Part shown: positions 49,216-59,730 of the stretch, piece after piece
Position numbering within the stretch: position 1 is the first letter of the stretch
Layout: each line of letters opens with the position of its first letter
DNA from: an uncultured Bacilli bacterium
Lineage (GTDB): Bacteria; Bacillota_I; Bacilli_A; RF39; UBA660
Direction: 5' to 3'
DNA: 64,000 nucleotides
Assembly (NCBI GenBank): GCA_944372425.1
Contig: CALVZC010000002.1
Location: 7,139-71,138 of the forward strand
Notes under the pieces: model-generated
The model's database searches: none
Told to the model about the DNA's origin: nothing
Seen by the model: the letters and a program-made list of their open reading frames with translations, nothing else
Translations under genes and position numbers: made by a program

Positions 49216-49605
49216 ATGGATAGTGAAATTATAGAATTTTATAATAAGTTAAGCGCTGAAAAAATGAAAGATGATTTTTTAGTTTCTAATTATCGTGATG
49301 TTTTACATAGAAGAGAAAAATATTTAAATGATTTACACTTAGAATATTCTACATTATCTAAAGTATTATGCCACCCTATAATTGTTGTACGTATTGCTTC
49401 GCAGACAAGAAGGTTAAGAAAAATATCTAAAAAATTAGATTCTCTAGTTGATTCAAGTGTAATTGATTATGTAATGGACGACAGTAATTTAGAAGAAGAT
49501 TTAATTGAGGCCTATAGATATTATAAGCCTAAAAGAATTAAAGAATTTATAGAAACAAATCCGATAAATCGACAGTCATTAATTAAAAGTAAAAAAATAA
49601 GATGA
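49216..49605 (+). CDS. Hypothetical protein (129 aa)
   Basis: No recognisable motif. Lies upstream of yebC. Confidence 0.5.
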   Translation: MDSEIIEFYNKLSAEKMKDDFLVSNYRDVLHRREKYLNDLHLEYSTLSKVLCHPIIVVRIASQTRRLRKISKKLDSLVDSSVIDYVMDDSNLEEDLIEAYRYYKPKRIKEFIETNPINRQSLIKSKKIR

Positions 49606-49614
49606 GGTGAATTT

Positions 49615-50334
49615 ATGAGTGGTCATTCAAAATGGGCAACAATTCATAGAAAAAAAGGTGAATTGGATGCTGCAAGAGGTAAAATATTTCAAAAAATAGC
49701 AAAAGAAATTTATGTTGCTGCAAAAGGAACAAATGGAGATCCTGATTCTAATCCAGCTTTACGTGCTGTTATTGAAAAGGCAAGAGGTAATAATATGCCT
49801 AAAGAAAATATTCAAAAGGCAATAGATAAAGCTGTAGGAAATGGAGATGCCGAAAATTACGAGCAAGTTCGTTACGAAGGATATGCTTCTGGTGGTGTAG
49901 CATTAATGATAGACTGCTTGACGGATAATAGAAATAGAACTGCTATGTTGGTTAGAAGTACCCTTACTAAAAAAGGTGGAAATTTAGGAACAGATGGTTC
50001 TGTATCTTATTTATTTGAAAGAAAAGGTGTTATTGTAATCGACAAAGAATTAGATGAAGATACAATAATGTTAACATCTTTAGATAATGGCGCAATAGAT
50101 GTTGTAGTCAATGATGATAGTTATGAAATATACACTACGACAGATAGTTTTTTAAAAGTTAAAGATGCTTTAGAAGAATTAGGAGTAAAAGAATTTATAA
50201 CTAGTGAAATTACTTTTGTTGCTAAAAATACTATAAGTTTAGATGATGATACAAAAGAAAAAGTATTAGAGTTAGTTGAACAATTAGATGATTTAGATGA
50301 TGTCCAAAATGTATATCATAATTTAGAAGTTTAA
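49615..50334 (+). CDS. yebC: YebC/PmpR-family transcriptional regulator
   Basis: MSGHSKWATIHRKKG...KIF.K is the YebC/TACO1 N-terminus. Confidence 0.9.
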   Translation: MSGHSKWATIHRKKGELDAARGKIFQKIAKEIYVAAKGTNGDPDSNPALRAVIEKARGNNMPKENIQKAIDKAVGNGDAENYEQVRYEGYASGGVALMIDCLTDNRNRTAMLVRSTLTKKGGNLGTDGSVSYLFERKGVIVIDKELDEDTIMLTSLDNGAIDVVVNDDSYEIYTTTDSFLKVKDALEELGVKEFITSEITFVAKNTISLDDDTKEKVLELVEQLDDLDDVQNVYHNLEV

Positions 50335-50346
50335 ATTGAGGTTTCA

Positions 50347-51324
50347 ATGAATATAGCAATATTAGGAACAGGAGCATATGGAATAGCTTTAGCTCTTATG
50401 TTTTATAAAAATAATAATAGTATAAAAATGTGGACTAAATTTAAAGAAGAAAAAGATTCTATTTTAAAAAATAGAATTAATGAAAATGTATTACCAAATG
50501 TAAAAATACCAGAAGACATTATAATTTCTAATAATTTTGAAAAAGTAGTAGAAGATGCCAATCTTATTGTTATTGCTGTGCCAGCAGCATTTGTTGATGA
50601 TGTTAGTATTAAATTAAAAGAATATATAAAAAAAGATCAATATGTTCTTTTAGCTTCAAAAGGAATAGAAAGAGATAGTTGTCTTTTTGTTGGAGATATT
50701 TTTAATAAACATATAAAAACAAAAAAATACGCAATTGTATCTGGACCTTCGTTTGCAATTGATATAGTTACTAATTGTCCTATTGGGTTAACTATTGCTA
50801 GTAAAAGTAAAAAAACTATAAAATTGGTAAAATCATGTCTAGAAAGTGATACATTAAAATTAAGAAGTACTACTGATATTATTGGTGTTGAAATTTGTGG
50901 ATCAATAAAGAATGTTATAGCAATAGCAGCAGGTATTTTAGATGGTATGGGTTATCCTGAATCAACTCAAGCTATGTTTATTACGGAATCTTTACACGAT
51001 ATAAAAGAGTTAATTAATAAACTTGGAGGAGATAAAAAAACAATTTTATCTTTTGCTGGATTTGGTGATTTATTACTAACTGCTACTAGTAAGAAAAGTA
51101 GAAACTTTTCTTATGGATATATGATAGGTAAAAAAGAAGATAAAAATAAAATTGATGAATATGTAAAGAATACTACTATTGAAGGTCTTTATACAATAAA
51201 GTCAATTTATAAATTATTAAAAAATAAAAAAGTTAGAATACCCATTATTAATTTAATTTATGATATTATTGAAAACAAAAAAGAAGTAGAAAAGCTTCCT
51301 GAATTTTTAATAATAAAAAAATAG
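50347..51324 (+). CDS. gpsA: NAD(P)H-dependent glycerol-3-phosphate dehydrogenase
   Basis: ILGTGAYGIALA Rossmann motif. GpsA-length protein (325 aa). Confidence 0.9.
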   Translation: MNIAILGTGAYGIALALMFYKNNNSIKMWTKFKEEKDSILKNRINENVLPNVKIPEDIIISNNFEKVVEDANLIVIAVPAAFVDDVSIKLKEYIKKDQYVLLASKGIERDSCLFVGDIFNKHIKTKKYAIVSGPSFAIDIVTNCPIGLTIASKSKKTIKLVKSCLESDTLKLRSTTDIIGVEICGSIKNVIAIAAGILDGMGYPESTQAMFITESLHDIKELINKLGGDKKTILSFAGFGDLLLTATSKKSRNFSYGYMIGKKEDKNKIDEYVKNTTIEGLYTIKSIYKLLKNKKVRIPIINLIYDIIENKKEVEKLPEFLIIKK

Positions 51325-51349
51325 CAAATGATTAAATATTCATTTGTTT

Positions 51350-51847
51350 TTATTTAGTATCAGTTTTTTCTTTAATCTTTTTATAATAAGAAAATAGAAT
51401 ATCGTCAATATTTTTAGGACAATTAGCAGCTGAAGTACTAGGTAAATAAATAGCTTCGATTTTAGTATTTGGGTAGCAAAATTTTTTATATAGAGTGTAT
51501 GCTTTTCTTCCAGTAGTAAAAATAGTAGTAATAGAAGAATTATTTAATATAGTAGACAAATCATTTGCAACTGGATTTTTTATTGAACTATCACTAGATG
51601 ATGAAATTTCACAACTTTGTAAAACGTCAAATAAAGCAATTTTATTCGTTTTTAAAAACACAATTTTTTCTTCTTTAGAATTTCCAATTTTAGTATTATA
51701 AACTTTTTCTAATGTAGTCCAAAATCTATTTTTAGGATGTGCATAGTAAAATCCTAATTCGCGAGATTTTAAAGAAGGCATACTTCCTAATATTAAAACT
51801 TTTGAGTCGTTAAAATAAATAGGATCTAATGTATGAAAAACTAACAT
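51350..51847 (-). CDS. MUG/TDG-family DNA glycosylase (uracil/deoxyinosine)
   Basis: ILGSMPSLKSRELGFYYAHPKNRFW matches the family-2 UDG active-site motif (G.NPG..S...G..FAHP.NRFW). Confidence 0.75.
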   Translation of the reverse strand: MLVFHTLDPIYFNDSKVLILGSMPSLKSRELGFYYAHPKNRFWTTLEKVYNTKIGNSKEEKIVFLKTNKIALFDVLQSCEISSSSDSSIKNPVANDLSTILNNSSITTIFTTGRKAYTLYKKFCYPNTKIEAIYLPSTSAANCPKNIDDILFSYYKKIKEKTDTK

Positions 51848-51978
51848 AATACCACCAAAAATAATATATCTTTTTTCTTATATTTATGCAATATTTTTAC
51901 AAGTTAATAAAGTTAAAAATATTTACATATTAAAATAATTACTATATAATATATTCAAATTGAAAAGGAGTAATCTTT

Positions 51979-53457
51979 ATGAGAGAATTTACAGAACAAG
52001 AATTAGTTAGAAGAGAAAAGCTTGATTTTTTAAGAGAAAAAGGAATTGATCCTTTTGGGAAGAAATATGATGTTAATACGACAACTAAAAATTTAAAAGA
52101 AGAATTTGAAAACAGTACAACAGAAGAACTTGACGAATTAAAAAAAGAAGTTTCTATTGCAGGAAGAATTATGACAAAAAGAGGTAAAGGGAAAGCAGGA
52201 TTTATAAATCTTCAAGATAAATATGGACAAATTCAAATATATGTTAAATTAGATAATATTGGAGAAGAAGCTTATTCTGTATTTGATAAATCAGATTTAG
52301 GTGATATAGTAGGAATCAAAGGAACTGTTATGCGTACTCATATGGGTGAATTAAGTATTCGTGCTTTAGAGTTTACTCATCTAGTTAAAGCTCTTCGCCC
52401 TCTTCCAGATAAATTCCATGGATTAGTTGATATTGAGGAAAGATTTAGAAGAAGATATGTTGATTTAATAGTTAATGAAGATGCTCGTAGAGTAGCATTT
52501 GCTAGAGCAAAGATTATTAGATCAATTCAGCATTATTTAGATAATCTAGGTTATACAGAAGTAGAAACACCAGTTTTAGGTACCGTTTTAGGTGGTGCAG
52601 CAGCAAAACCATTTATTACTCATCATAATACATTAGATATTGATATGTATTTAAGAATTGCTACTGAATTATCATTAAAAAGACTTATTGTTGGTGGAAT
52701 GGATGCTGTATATGAAATTGGAAGATTATTTAGAAATGAAGGAATGGATAAAAATCATAATCCTGAATTTACTACAATTGAAGTATATAAAGCGTATAGT
52801 GATTTAGAAGGAATGATGGAGTTAACAGAGGGTATTATTTGTAATGCTTGTATGGAAATTAACAATTCTTACGATATAGAATTTCGTGGTCAAAAAATAT
52901 CATTAAAACCAGGATTTAAAAAAATTTCAATGTGTGATGCAATTAAGAAAGAAACAGGAGTAGATTTTAAAAATATTAAATCTTTTGAAGAAGCTAAAAA
53001 AGTAGCTGAAGAACATAATATTGAAATAGAAAATCATTTTGGTTATGGTCACATAGTAAATGCTTTCTTTGAAAAATATGTAGAAGAAAAATTGATTGAA
53101 CCAACCTTTGTATATGAATATCCAATAGAGATAACACCACTTGCTAAAAAAGAACCAGACGATGAAAGATTTACTCAAAGATTTGAACTTTTCATTGCTG
53201 GTGGAGAATATGCTAATGCTTATACTGAATTAAATGATCCAATAGATCAATATGAAAGATTTGAAAATCAATTGAAAGAAAAAGAGTTAGGAAACGAAGA
53301 AGCAAACGAAATGGATATTGATTTTATAGAAGCTCTAGAATATGGTATGCCACCAACAGGTGGAATGGGAATGGGAATAGACCGTTTAGTAATGTTACTT
53401 ACTAATAGTGAGACAATAAGAGAAGTAATTTTATTCCCAACAATGAAATTAAAGTAA
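51979..53457 (+). CDS. lysS: Lysine--tRNA ligase (class II)
   Basis: N-terminal OB anticodon-binding domain. Class II motifs FRNEG and [15 protein letters not shown]. Confidence 0.95.
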   Translation: MREFTEQELVRREKLDFLREKGIDPFGKKYDVNTTTKNLKEEFENSTTEELDELKKEVSIAGRIMTKRGKGKAGFINLQDKYGQIQIYVKLDNIGEEAYSVFDKSDLGDIVGIKGTVMRTHMGELSIRALEFTHLVKALRPLPDKFHGLVDIEERFRRRYVDLIVNEDARRVAFARAKIIRSIQHYLDNLGYTEVETPVLGTVLGGAAAKPFITHHNTLDIDMYLRIATELSLKRLIVGGMDAVYEIGRLFRNEGMDKNHNPEFTTIEVYKAYSDLEGMMELTEGIICNACMEINNSYDIEFRGQKISLKPGFKKISMCDAIKKETGVDFKNIKSFEEAKKVAEEHNIEIENHFGYGHIVNAFFEKYVEEKLIEPTFVYEYPIEITPLAKKEPDDERFTQRFELFIAGGEYANAYTELNDPIDQYERFENQLKEKELGNEEANEMDIDFIEALEYGMPPTGGMGMGIDRLVMLLTNSETIREVILFPTMKLK

Positions 53458-53463
53458 TTAAAA

Positions 53464-53497
53464 AAGTTCATTTTATAACTGCAATGAACTTTTTTAT
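53464..53497 (+). terminator. Rho-independent terminator
   Basis: aagttcatt-(10-nt loop)-aatgaactt followed by ttttt. Confidence 0.7.
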
Positions 53498-53547
53498 TGC
53501 ACAAATATATTATTAAGTAGTAGAATATTGTGAGAAAGGATAATATT

Positions 53548-54204
53548 ATGACTTTAAAAGAAAAAATTGAAATACCAAAATATTCACTAGGTGAGGAAAT
53601 AATGAGTGCAATAACTCATGGAATAGGAGCATTATTATCAGTTGCTGCTTTAGTTATCTGCATTGTTTTTAGTGCAATAAGTGGAAGCGCATTGTCTGTT
53701 GTAAGTAGTTGTATCTATGGTACTACACTAATAATTCTTTATACAATGTCTACATTATATCATTCATTGAAGGTAAATAATGCTAAAAGAGTATTTAGAA
53801 TTATTGATCATTGTAGTATATATCTTTTAATTGCAGGAACTTATACACCATTTACTTTATTAGCACTGCCAAAAACTATTGGTTTAATATTATTTACAAT
53901 AATATGGATAATTGTAATCTTAGGAATTGTTTTAAATTCTATTGATTTAAAGAAATTTAGAATTATTTCTTTTATAAGCTATCTCATATTAGGTTGGATT
54001 ATTGTTTTTGCTTTTAAACCACTAACTGAAGCAGTTGCTAAACCAGGAATTATGTTATTAGTAGCTGGTGGTTTTTGCTATACAGTAGGTTGTATTTTTT
54101 ATGGCGCTGGAAATAAAATTAAATACATGCATTCAATATTTCATTTATTTGTTTTAGCAGGATCAATTCTTCATTTTTTTTCTATATTGCTTTATGTTAT
54201 TTAA
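53548..54204 (+). CDS. Hemolysin-III family (PAQR) membrane protein
   Basis: 7-TM protein. The N-terminal EEIMSAITHGIGALLS and the HxxxH region are typical of the hemolysin III family. Confidence 0.85.
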   Translation: MTLKEKIEIPKYSLGEEIMSAITHGIGALLSVAALVICIVFSAISGSALSVVSSCIYGTTLIILYTMSTLYHSLKVNNAKRVFRIIDHCSIYLLIAGTYTPFTLLALPKTIGLILFTIIWIIVILGIVLNSIDLKKFRIISFISYLILGWIIVFAFKPLTEAVAKPGIMLLVAGGFCYTVGCIFYGAGNKIKYMHSIFHLFVLAGSILHFFSILLYVI

Positions 54205-54257
54205 TCAATAAAACGATATAAGTATTAATTAAAATAAAAATTTGTTATAATTGTAAT

Positions 54258-55745
54258 GTGATAACTATGAAAAAATATAAATTTTATTTATTGTTGACTA
54301 TAACAATTTTAAGTATGGCTTTTATTCTAACAAAAAAAGAATTTCAAAATGATACTTTTTATACTATAAAAGTAGGAGAACAAATATTAAAAACAGGAAT
54401 TGATATGAAAGATCATTTTTCTTGGATAAGTAATCTTTCTTATACATATCCTCATTGGCTATATGATGTTATTATTTTTTCTATTTACAATTTATTTGGC
54501 TTTACAGGAATTTATATATCGACATTAGTTCTTGCTAATACTTTATTTTTTACTATGTATATTACATTAAATAATAAAATTAAAAATAAAACCATATCAT
54601 ATATATTAGTAGTATTTCTTGGATTAACTTTAAAAAATTTTATAACTGCACGTGCTCAATTAATAAGTTATATTTTATTTTTATTGATTTTATATTTTAT
54701 TGAAAAATTATGGGAAGATGGCAAAAAAAGACATATTATATATATATTTATTTTTTCATTATTAATTGCTAATTTTCATTCAGCGGTATTTCCTTTTATA
54801 TTTGCATTATTTCTTCCATATTTGGTATCAGATTTTCTTTCTCTTTTTTTAGAAAAAATAAATAAAAATAATTTAAAAAAAATAAGTTTTGGTAAAATTG
54901 AAATTGACAGGCCAAAAAATTTAAAAAAAATTATTACAGCTTTTCTAGTATCAATTTTATCTGGTGTTTTTACTCCAAATTTTCCTGTAGCATATACATA
55001 TTTTATTAAAACAAAAATGGGGATAACTATGTCTTATATAGCGGAACATTTACCTACAACTATAGATAAAAGGCCAGAATTTTTTATAATAATTGGAATA
55101 TTAATTATTTTACTTCTACAACGAAGGATAAAAATAAGCTTAAATGATTTATTTTTACTTGGTGGACTATCTTTTTTAACCCTTATGTCTAAAAGAAATT
55201 ATGCTTTATTTGCTATTTTATCAATATTTAGTATAGGAAGAATAATAAATCAATTTTTTGATACAAAGTTAAAAAAAGATAAGTTAGAAGAATTATTATG
55301 CAATGAAATTACTTTTATTTCTTTAAATTTGTTATTTATTATTTCAACAGTTTTAATAATTAATAATAACGTTTCAAGAGAATATATTAATTATAGTAAA
55401 TACCCAGAAGAAGCAAGTAATTATGTATTAAAAAATTTAGACATTGAAAATATAAGAATTTATAATGAATATAATTTTGGTAGTTACTTATTATTTAAAA
55501 ATATTCCAGTTTTTATTGATTCGCGAGCTGATTTGTATACTGAAGAATTTAATAGAAATTGTACAGTTTTTAAAGATGGCGTTGTAAAAAAAGTAAATAA
55601 TTATGAAGAAATATTTAATAAATATAATATTTCTCATATTCTTATTTATAATACCAATACTTTGAATACAGTTCTTAAAAATGATAATAATTATAAAAAA
55701 ATATATGTTGATGAATATTTTAGCTTATATGAAAGAATTTTATAA
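54258..55745 (+). CDS. Polytopic membrane protein, putative GT-C-fold glycosyltransferase
   Basis: More than 10 TM helices with a large C-terminal extracytoplasmic domain. Weak resemblance to PMT/ArnT-like glycosyltransferases. Confidence 0.45.
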   Translation: MITMKKYKFYLLLTITILSMAFILTKKEFQNDTFYTIKVGEQILKTGIDMKDHFSWISNLSYTYPHWLYDVIIFSIYNLFGFTGIYISTLVLANTLFFTMYITLNNKIKNKTISYILVVFLGLTLKNFITARAQLISYILFLLILYFIEKLWEDGKKRHIIYIFIFSLLIANFHSAVFPFIFALFLPYLVSDFLSLFLEKINKNNLKKISFGKIEIDRPKNLKKIITAFLVSILSGVFTPNFPVAYTYFIKTKMGITMSYIAEHLPTTIDKRPEFFIIIGILIILLLQRRIKISLNDLFLLGGLSFLTLMSKRNYALFAILSIFSIGRIINQFFDTKLKKDKLEELLCNEITFISLNLLFIISTVLIINNNVSREYINYSKYPEEASNYVLKNLDIENIRIYNEYNFGSYLLFKNIPVFIDSRADLYTEEFNRNCTVFKDGVVKKVNNYEEIFNKYNISHILIYNTNTLNTVLKNDNNYKKIYVDEYFSLYERIL

Positions 55746-55912
55746 AAATAAATTCTAAATTATAGTATTTTTAAGTTTTTAATATGGACGGTTTAAGTAA
55801 TTAGAAAATTATTTAATAATTATAATAGCAATATATATCGTAAATTTTTAGACTAAATGCAGGTTTATAAAAATTTATTTAATTTACAAGACTTATTTCG
55901 GGTTAAAAATAC

Positions 55913-56013
55913 AAAAACTGCAATAAGTCTTTTAATTTTGTTAAATATTACACAATTTATTCCATGCCAAAAATACGGAGTTATTTCCGTTTTTCAGACT
56001 TATTGCAGTTTTT
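55913..56013. repeat. 18-bp perfect inverted repeat flanking a 65-nt segment with a nested hairpin-T-run
   Basis: aaaaactgcaataagtct is at 55913-55930 and its reverse complement at 55996-56013, followed by tttttattt. The inner hairpin is acgga-gttatt-tccgt followed by ttttt. Flanking direct repeats ataatagcaatatatat lie at about 55822 and 56044. Confidence 0.8.
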
Positions 56014-56129
56014 ATTTATAAAACGGACTTCCAAATGAAAATTAATAATAGCAATATATATATTAATTTATCTTTTCTTTTTTTTATTTAACTGATATAA
56101 TGTTTATATATAATATTCGAGGTGATGTT

Positions 56130-57587
56130 ATGAATATAGATAATAGATTATTAGAGTTTCAATCAAATGTCGGATCAAAGTTGAGTGAAATAGAAGCTGC
56201 TAAGACACAACTTTATGACGATATAGTGATGTTTAAATCTATAAATGATAGTATTAGTAGTAACTTGATGTCTGTTTTTAAAGGTAATGGTGGTGACTCT
56301 ATTAAACCAGAGATTGAATATATTAATCAGACAGTTGATAAAGTTAAACAAAGTATAGAATCAGAATTGTCTAGTGCTATATCTAGTTCGAATAATTTGA
56401 ATTCTGGTATAGATGAATTAAAAAGATTACTTAGTGCATATGAGGCGGCAGTATCTAAATATAATAGCATAAGTAATGATGCTGATCATATTAATGAGAG
56501 AAATTCAGCTCGTTCAGAAAAGAATAGTGCTTATAATAATTTTATGAATAAACAATCACAACTTTTAAATGATCTTGCTAATTTAAAAAGTTTAGATTCA
56601 AGTCTTACAATTTTAGAACAATATGGTAAAGCTGATAATTCAATATTACAATCTTTATCATCTCTTAGTGGCTTTACAGCTAGCTATGACAATAAAGTTT
56701 CATTTGCAGGTATATATTACGAAAGTGATGGTGTTATATATCAAAAAATAATTCCAATTTGTAAAAATGGTATTTCATATACTCCAGATATGCAATATGT
56801 AGTGGTATATGATAAAAAGAAGCTTTTGGATGCTGATATAAATGCTGGGCAGGATGCTATAGATTTTTTAACTGGTAAGATGAATGGCTCTAGAAATGAT
56901 CAGTATCTTTGGGATTACTGTAGTGGCAACTATCCTAATACATCACAAGCCATTGCAAAAGTTATGAATCAAATTTTAGAGGATACTTATAAAGCTAATA
57001 ATGCAAGTACTGTTGTGGATTATGCTTCCCTTTCGGCAATGGTAGCAACTAACTCACTTGTTCATTTAGGATACAGTAGTAATGTCAGTGAAAATACATA
57101 TGGTTTTGAACAACTTTTAGGAAGTGGTGGTGGAATTGATTGCATAGGATTTGTCAGATGGAGTTACAGTCAAGGACTTTATGAAACAGGCATTGTAAAA
57201 AATGGTCAAAACCCTGCTGATTATTATAATCAGGGTACAGATCTTACACCACTTAATTTACTATTACATCATTCTTATGATTTAGGTGAAATGAGTATTG
57301 AAGATAAAATGAATATTGAGATAGGATCAGTTTTATCAAAACCAACTGATAGTAATTATCATGTTGGAATTGTTATTGGGCATACAACTACTGAAGATGG
57401 TGACCCTGCAATAATAGTTGCCCAGTCAAGCAATACTACAATTGGAGCTAATAATAGAGTTTACACTTTGGAATCATTAGGTGCTGAAGGAAATTGGCAA
57501 GGAGTAACAACACCATCGTTAATGTCTGACCGTATTATTAACGGTTCTACTTCTTCTACAAGGCTTAGTTCAAAGCAAACTTCATGA
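56130..57587 (+). CDS. CHAP/NlpC-P60-like peptidoglycan hydrolase domain protein with a long N-terminal helical domain and no signal peptide
   Basis: The C-terminus carries GGGIDCIGFVRWSY (Cys nucleophile) and YHVGIVIGH (His). The N-terminal 300 aa are Ser/Asn-rich and helical. RBS GAGGTGA. Confidence 0.7.
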   Translation: MNIDNRLLEFQSNVGSKLSEIEAAKTQLYDDIVMFKSINDSISSNLMSVFKGNGGDSIKPEIEYINQTVDKVKQSIESELSSAISSSNNLNSGIDELKRLLSAYEAAVSKYNSISNDADHINERNSARSEKNSAYNNFMNKQSQLLNDLANLKSLDSSLTILEQYGKADNSILQSLSSLSGFTASYDNKVSFAGIYYESDGVIYQKIIPICKNGISYTPDMQYVVVYDKKKLLDADINAGQDAIDFLTGKMNGSRNDQYLWDYCSGNYPNTSQAIAKVMNQILEDTYKANNASTVVDYASLSAMVATNSLVHLGYSSNVSENTYGFEQLLGSGGGIDCIGFVRWSYSQGLYETGIVKNGQNPADYYNQGTDLTPLNLLLHHSYDLGEMSIEDKMNIEIGSVLSKPTDSNYHVGIVIGHTTTEDGDPAIIVAQSSNTTIGANNRVYTLESLGAEGNWQGVTTPSLMSDRIINGSTSSTRLSSKQTS

Positions 57588-57677
57588 TATTTATAATATA
57601 TTTATAAATATCTTTTTCTTTTTAATGATTGGTTGAAAACATTTGTTTGATTTGCTATAATTATTTAGGAGGAATTT

Positions 57678-58235
57678 ATGTATAATTATATTATTGGAAA
57701 AATAACAGAAATAACAGGTACTTATATAGTACTTGATAATAATGGTATAGGTTTTTTAATATATACTCCTAATCCATATGCTTTTAATGAAAATAGTGAA
57801 TACAAAGTATATATATATCAACAGGTAAAAGAGGATGAAGAATGTTTGTTTGGTTTTAAAACTATAGAAGAAAAAAGCTTGTTTTTGAAACTAATTTCAG
57901 TAAAAGGTCTTGGTCCTAAAATGGCATTACCAATACTTGCTACAGGAAGTGTTTCAGGAGTTATTGATGCAATCGAAAGAGAAAATCTTTTATATCTAAA
58001 AAAATTTCCTAAAATAGGTGATAAAGTAGCTAAACAGATGATTCTTGATTTAAAAGGAAAATTAGGAAATATCGATGCAGTTGATTCAAAGGAAAATAGT
58101 TATGATGAATTAATCGAAGTCCTTAAAGGTCTTGGCTATAAAGAAAAAGAATTTAAAGCAGTTATTCCAAAAATTGATAATAGTCTTTCAATTGAAGAAC
58201 AAGTAAAAGAAACTTTAAAATTATTACTAAAGTAA
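57678..58235 (+). CDS. ruvA: Holliday junction DNA helicase RuvA
   Basis: Y.IGKI.E.....IVLDNNGIG, HhH motifs (GLGPKMA), C-terminal domain III. Confidence 0.9.
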   Translation: MYNYIIGKITEITGTYIVLDNNGIGFLIYTPNPYAFNENSEYKVYIYQQVKEDEECLFGFKTIEEKSLFLKLISVKGLGPKMALPILATGSVSGVIDAIERENLLYLKKFPKIGDKVAKQMILDLKGKLGNIDAVDSKENSYDELIEVLKGLGYKEKEFKAVIPKIDNSLSIEEQVKETLKLLLK

Positions 58236-58286
58236 TAGTCAGCAATTTTATTTTTATGTATTATAATAATTAATGGAGGTAATATT

Positions 58287-59297
58287 ATGAACAAAAATGA
58301 AATTTTTAAAGATGAAGAAATTAATGATGATATTGCTTTAGAAAATATAAGGCCAGAAACTTTAGATGAGTATATAGGGCAGAAGGATGTAAAAGATAAT
58401 ATTAAAGTATTTATTGAATCTGCAAAGCTTAGAAATGAAAGTTTAGATCATGTTCTTTTATATGGACCACCAGGTTTAGGAAAAACGACACTTGCGCATA
58501 TTATTGCTAATGAACTTGGTAGTAATATAAAAATGGCTAGTGGTCCTAGTATTGAGAAGTCTGGTGATTTAGCAGCTATTCTTTCATCACTTGAGCCAGG
58601 TGATGTATTGTTTATTGATGAAATTCATAGAATACCATCTTTTGTCGAAGAAATATTGTATTCGGCAATGGAAGATTTTGTCCTAGATATAATAATTGGA
58701 AATGAAGGAAATTCTCGAAATATTAGAATAAATTTGCCACCATTTACATTGGTAGGCGCTACAACTAGAGCAGGTGATTTAACAGCACCTCTTCGCGATA
58801 GATTTGGAATAGTAGCAAAAATGCAATATTATACTTCTGAAGAGTTAAATTTAATCGTAAAGAGAACGGCACGAGTGTTGGAATCTCCGATAACAGATGA
58901 AGCAGCTTTTGAATTAGCATCAAGAAGTAGGGGGACTCCAAGAATTGCTAATAGAATGTTTAAAAGAGTAAGAGATTTTGCTATTGTCGATGGTAAAGAC
59001 GTAATAGATTTAGATGTTACTAAGCTTGCCCTTGAAAGATTAAAAGTCGATAGTATGGGATTAGATGATGTTGATTATCAATTATTAAAAACAATAGTTG
59101 AAAAATTTAATGGTGGTCCGGTTGGTGTTGAATCAATTGCTAGCGTTATTGGAGAAGAAGTTACAACAATTGAAGATGTTTACGAACCTTATCTTTTACA
59201 AACAGGACTTTTAAAAAGAACGTCTCGCGGTAGAATGGTTACTGATAAAGGTTATAAGCATTTGAATATATCACATCAAAATAGTTTATTTGATTAG
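58287..59297 (+). CDS. ruvB: Holliday junction DNA helicase RuvB
   Basis: Walker [12 protein letters not shown], Walker B LFIDEIHR and the RuvB arginine finger region. Confidence 0.95.
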   Translation: MNKNEIFKDEEINDDIALENIRPETLDEYIGQKDVKDNIKVFIESAKLRNESLDHVLLYGPPGLGKTTLAHIIANELGSNIKMASGPSIEKSGDLAAILSSLEPGDVLFIDEIHRIPSFVEEILYSAMEDFVLDIIIGNEGNSRNIRINLPPFTLVGATTRAGDLTAPLRDRFGIVAKMQYYTSEELNLIVKRTARVLESPITDEAAFELASRSRGTPRIANRMFKRVRDFAIVDGKDVIDLDVTKLALERLKVDSMGLDDVDYQLLKTIVEKFNGGPVGVESIASVIGEEVTTIEDVYEPYLLQTGLLKRTSRGRMVTDKGYKHLNISHQNSLFD

Positions 59298-59312
59298 GAA
59301 AGAGAAAAAATT

Positions 59313-59729
59313 ATGGAAAATATGGATGAATTAACAAAACATTTAATGAGTGTAGCAATGTTTTCTTTAAAATATCAAGAGGCATTAAATTTAGATGAAA
59401 AGAAAATATCAAATACATTAGGAATAATATTTAGAAGAAATCAAAATCAAATTAAAAATTTTACTGCTCAAGAGTTGGCTCTCGTTACAATATTTTTATC
59501 TAATATAAATGAACAATATTTTTCTGATTATTTGAAATTATTTAATAAAAATGTTATTGAATATGCTATAAAAAATGCTAAGAGTATAGAAGAACAAGTA
59601 TCTTTTTTAAATAGTGTAGAATATTTTTCTTTGACATTTTATAAAGATTTTAGTAGTATATCTAATATTATTGATATAGTGAAAAATTTTGATATATCAT
59701 TATTTATAAAAATAGTGTGTGGTGATTAA
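59313..59729 (+). CDS. Hypothetical protein (138 aa)
   Basis: Good RBS. No motif. Inserted between ruvB and queA. Confidence 0.5.
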   Translation: MENMDELTKHLMSVAMFSLKYQEALNLDEKKISNTLGIIFRRNQNQIKNFTAQELALVTIFLSNINEQYFSDYLKLFNKNVIEYAIKNAKSIEEQVSFLNSVEYFSLTFYKDFSSISNIIDIVKNFDISLFIKIVCGD

Positions 59730-59730
59730 T

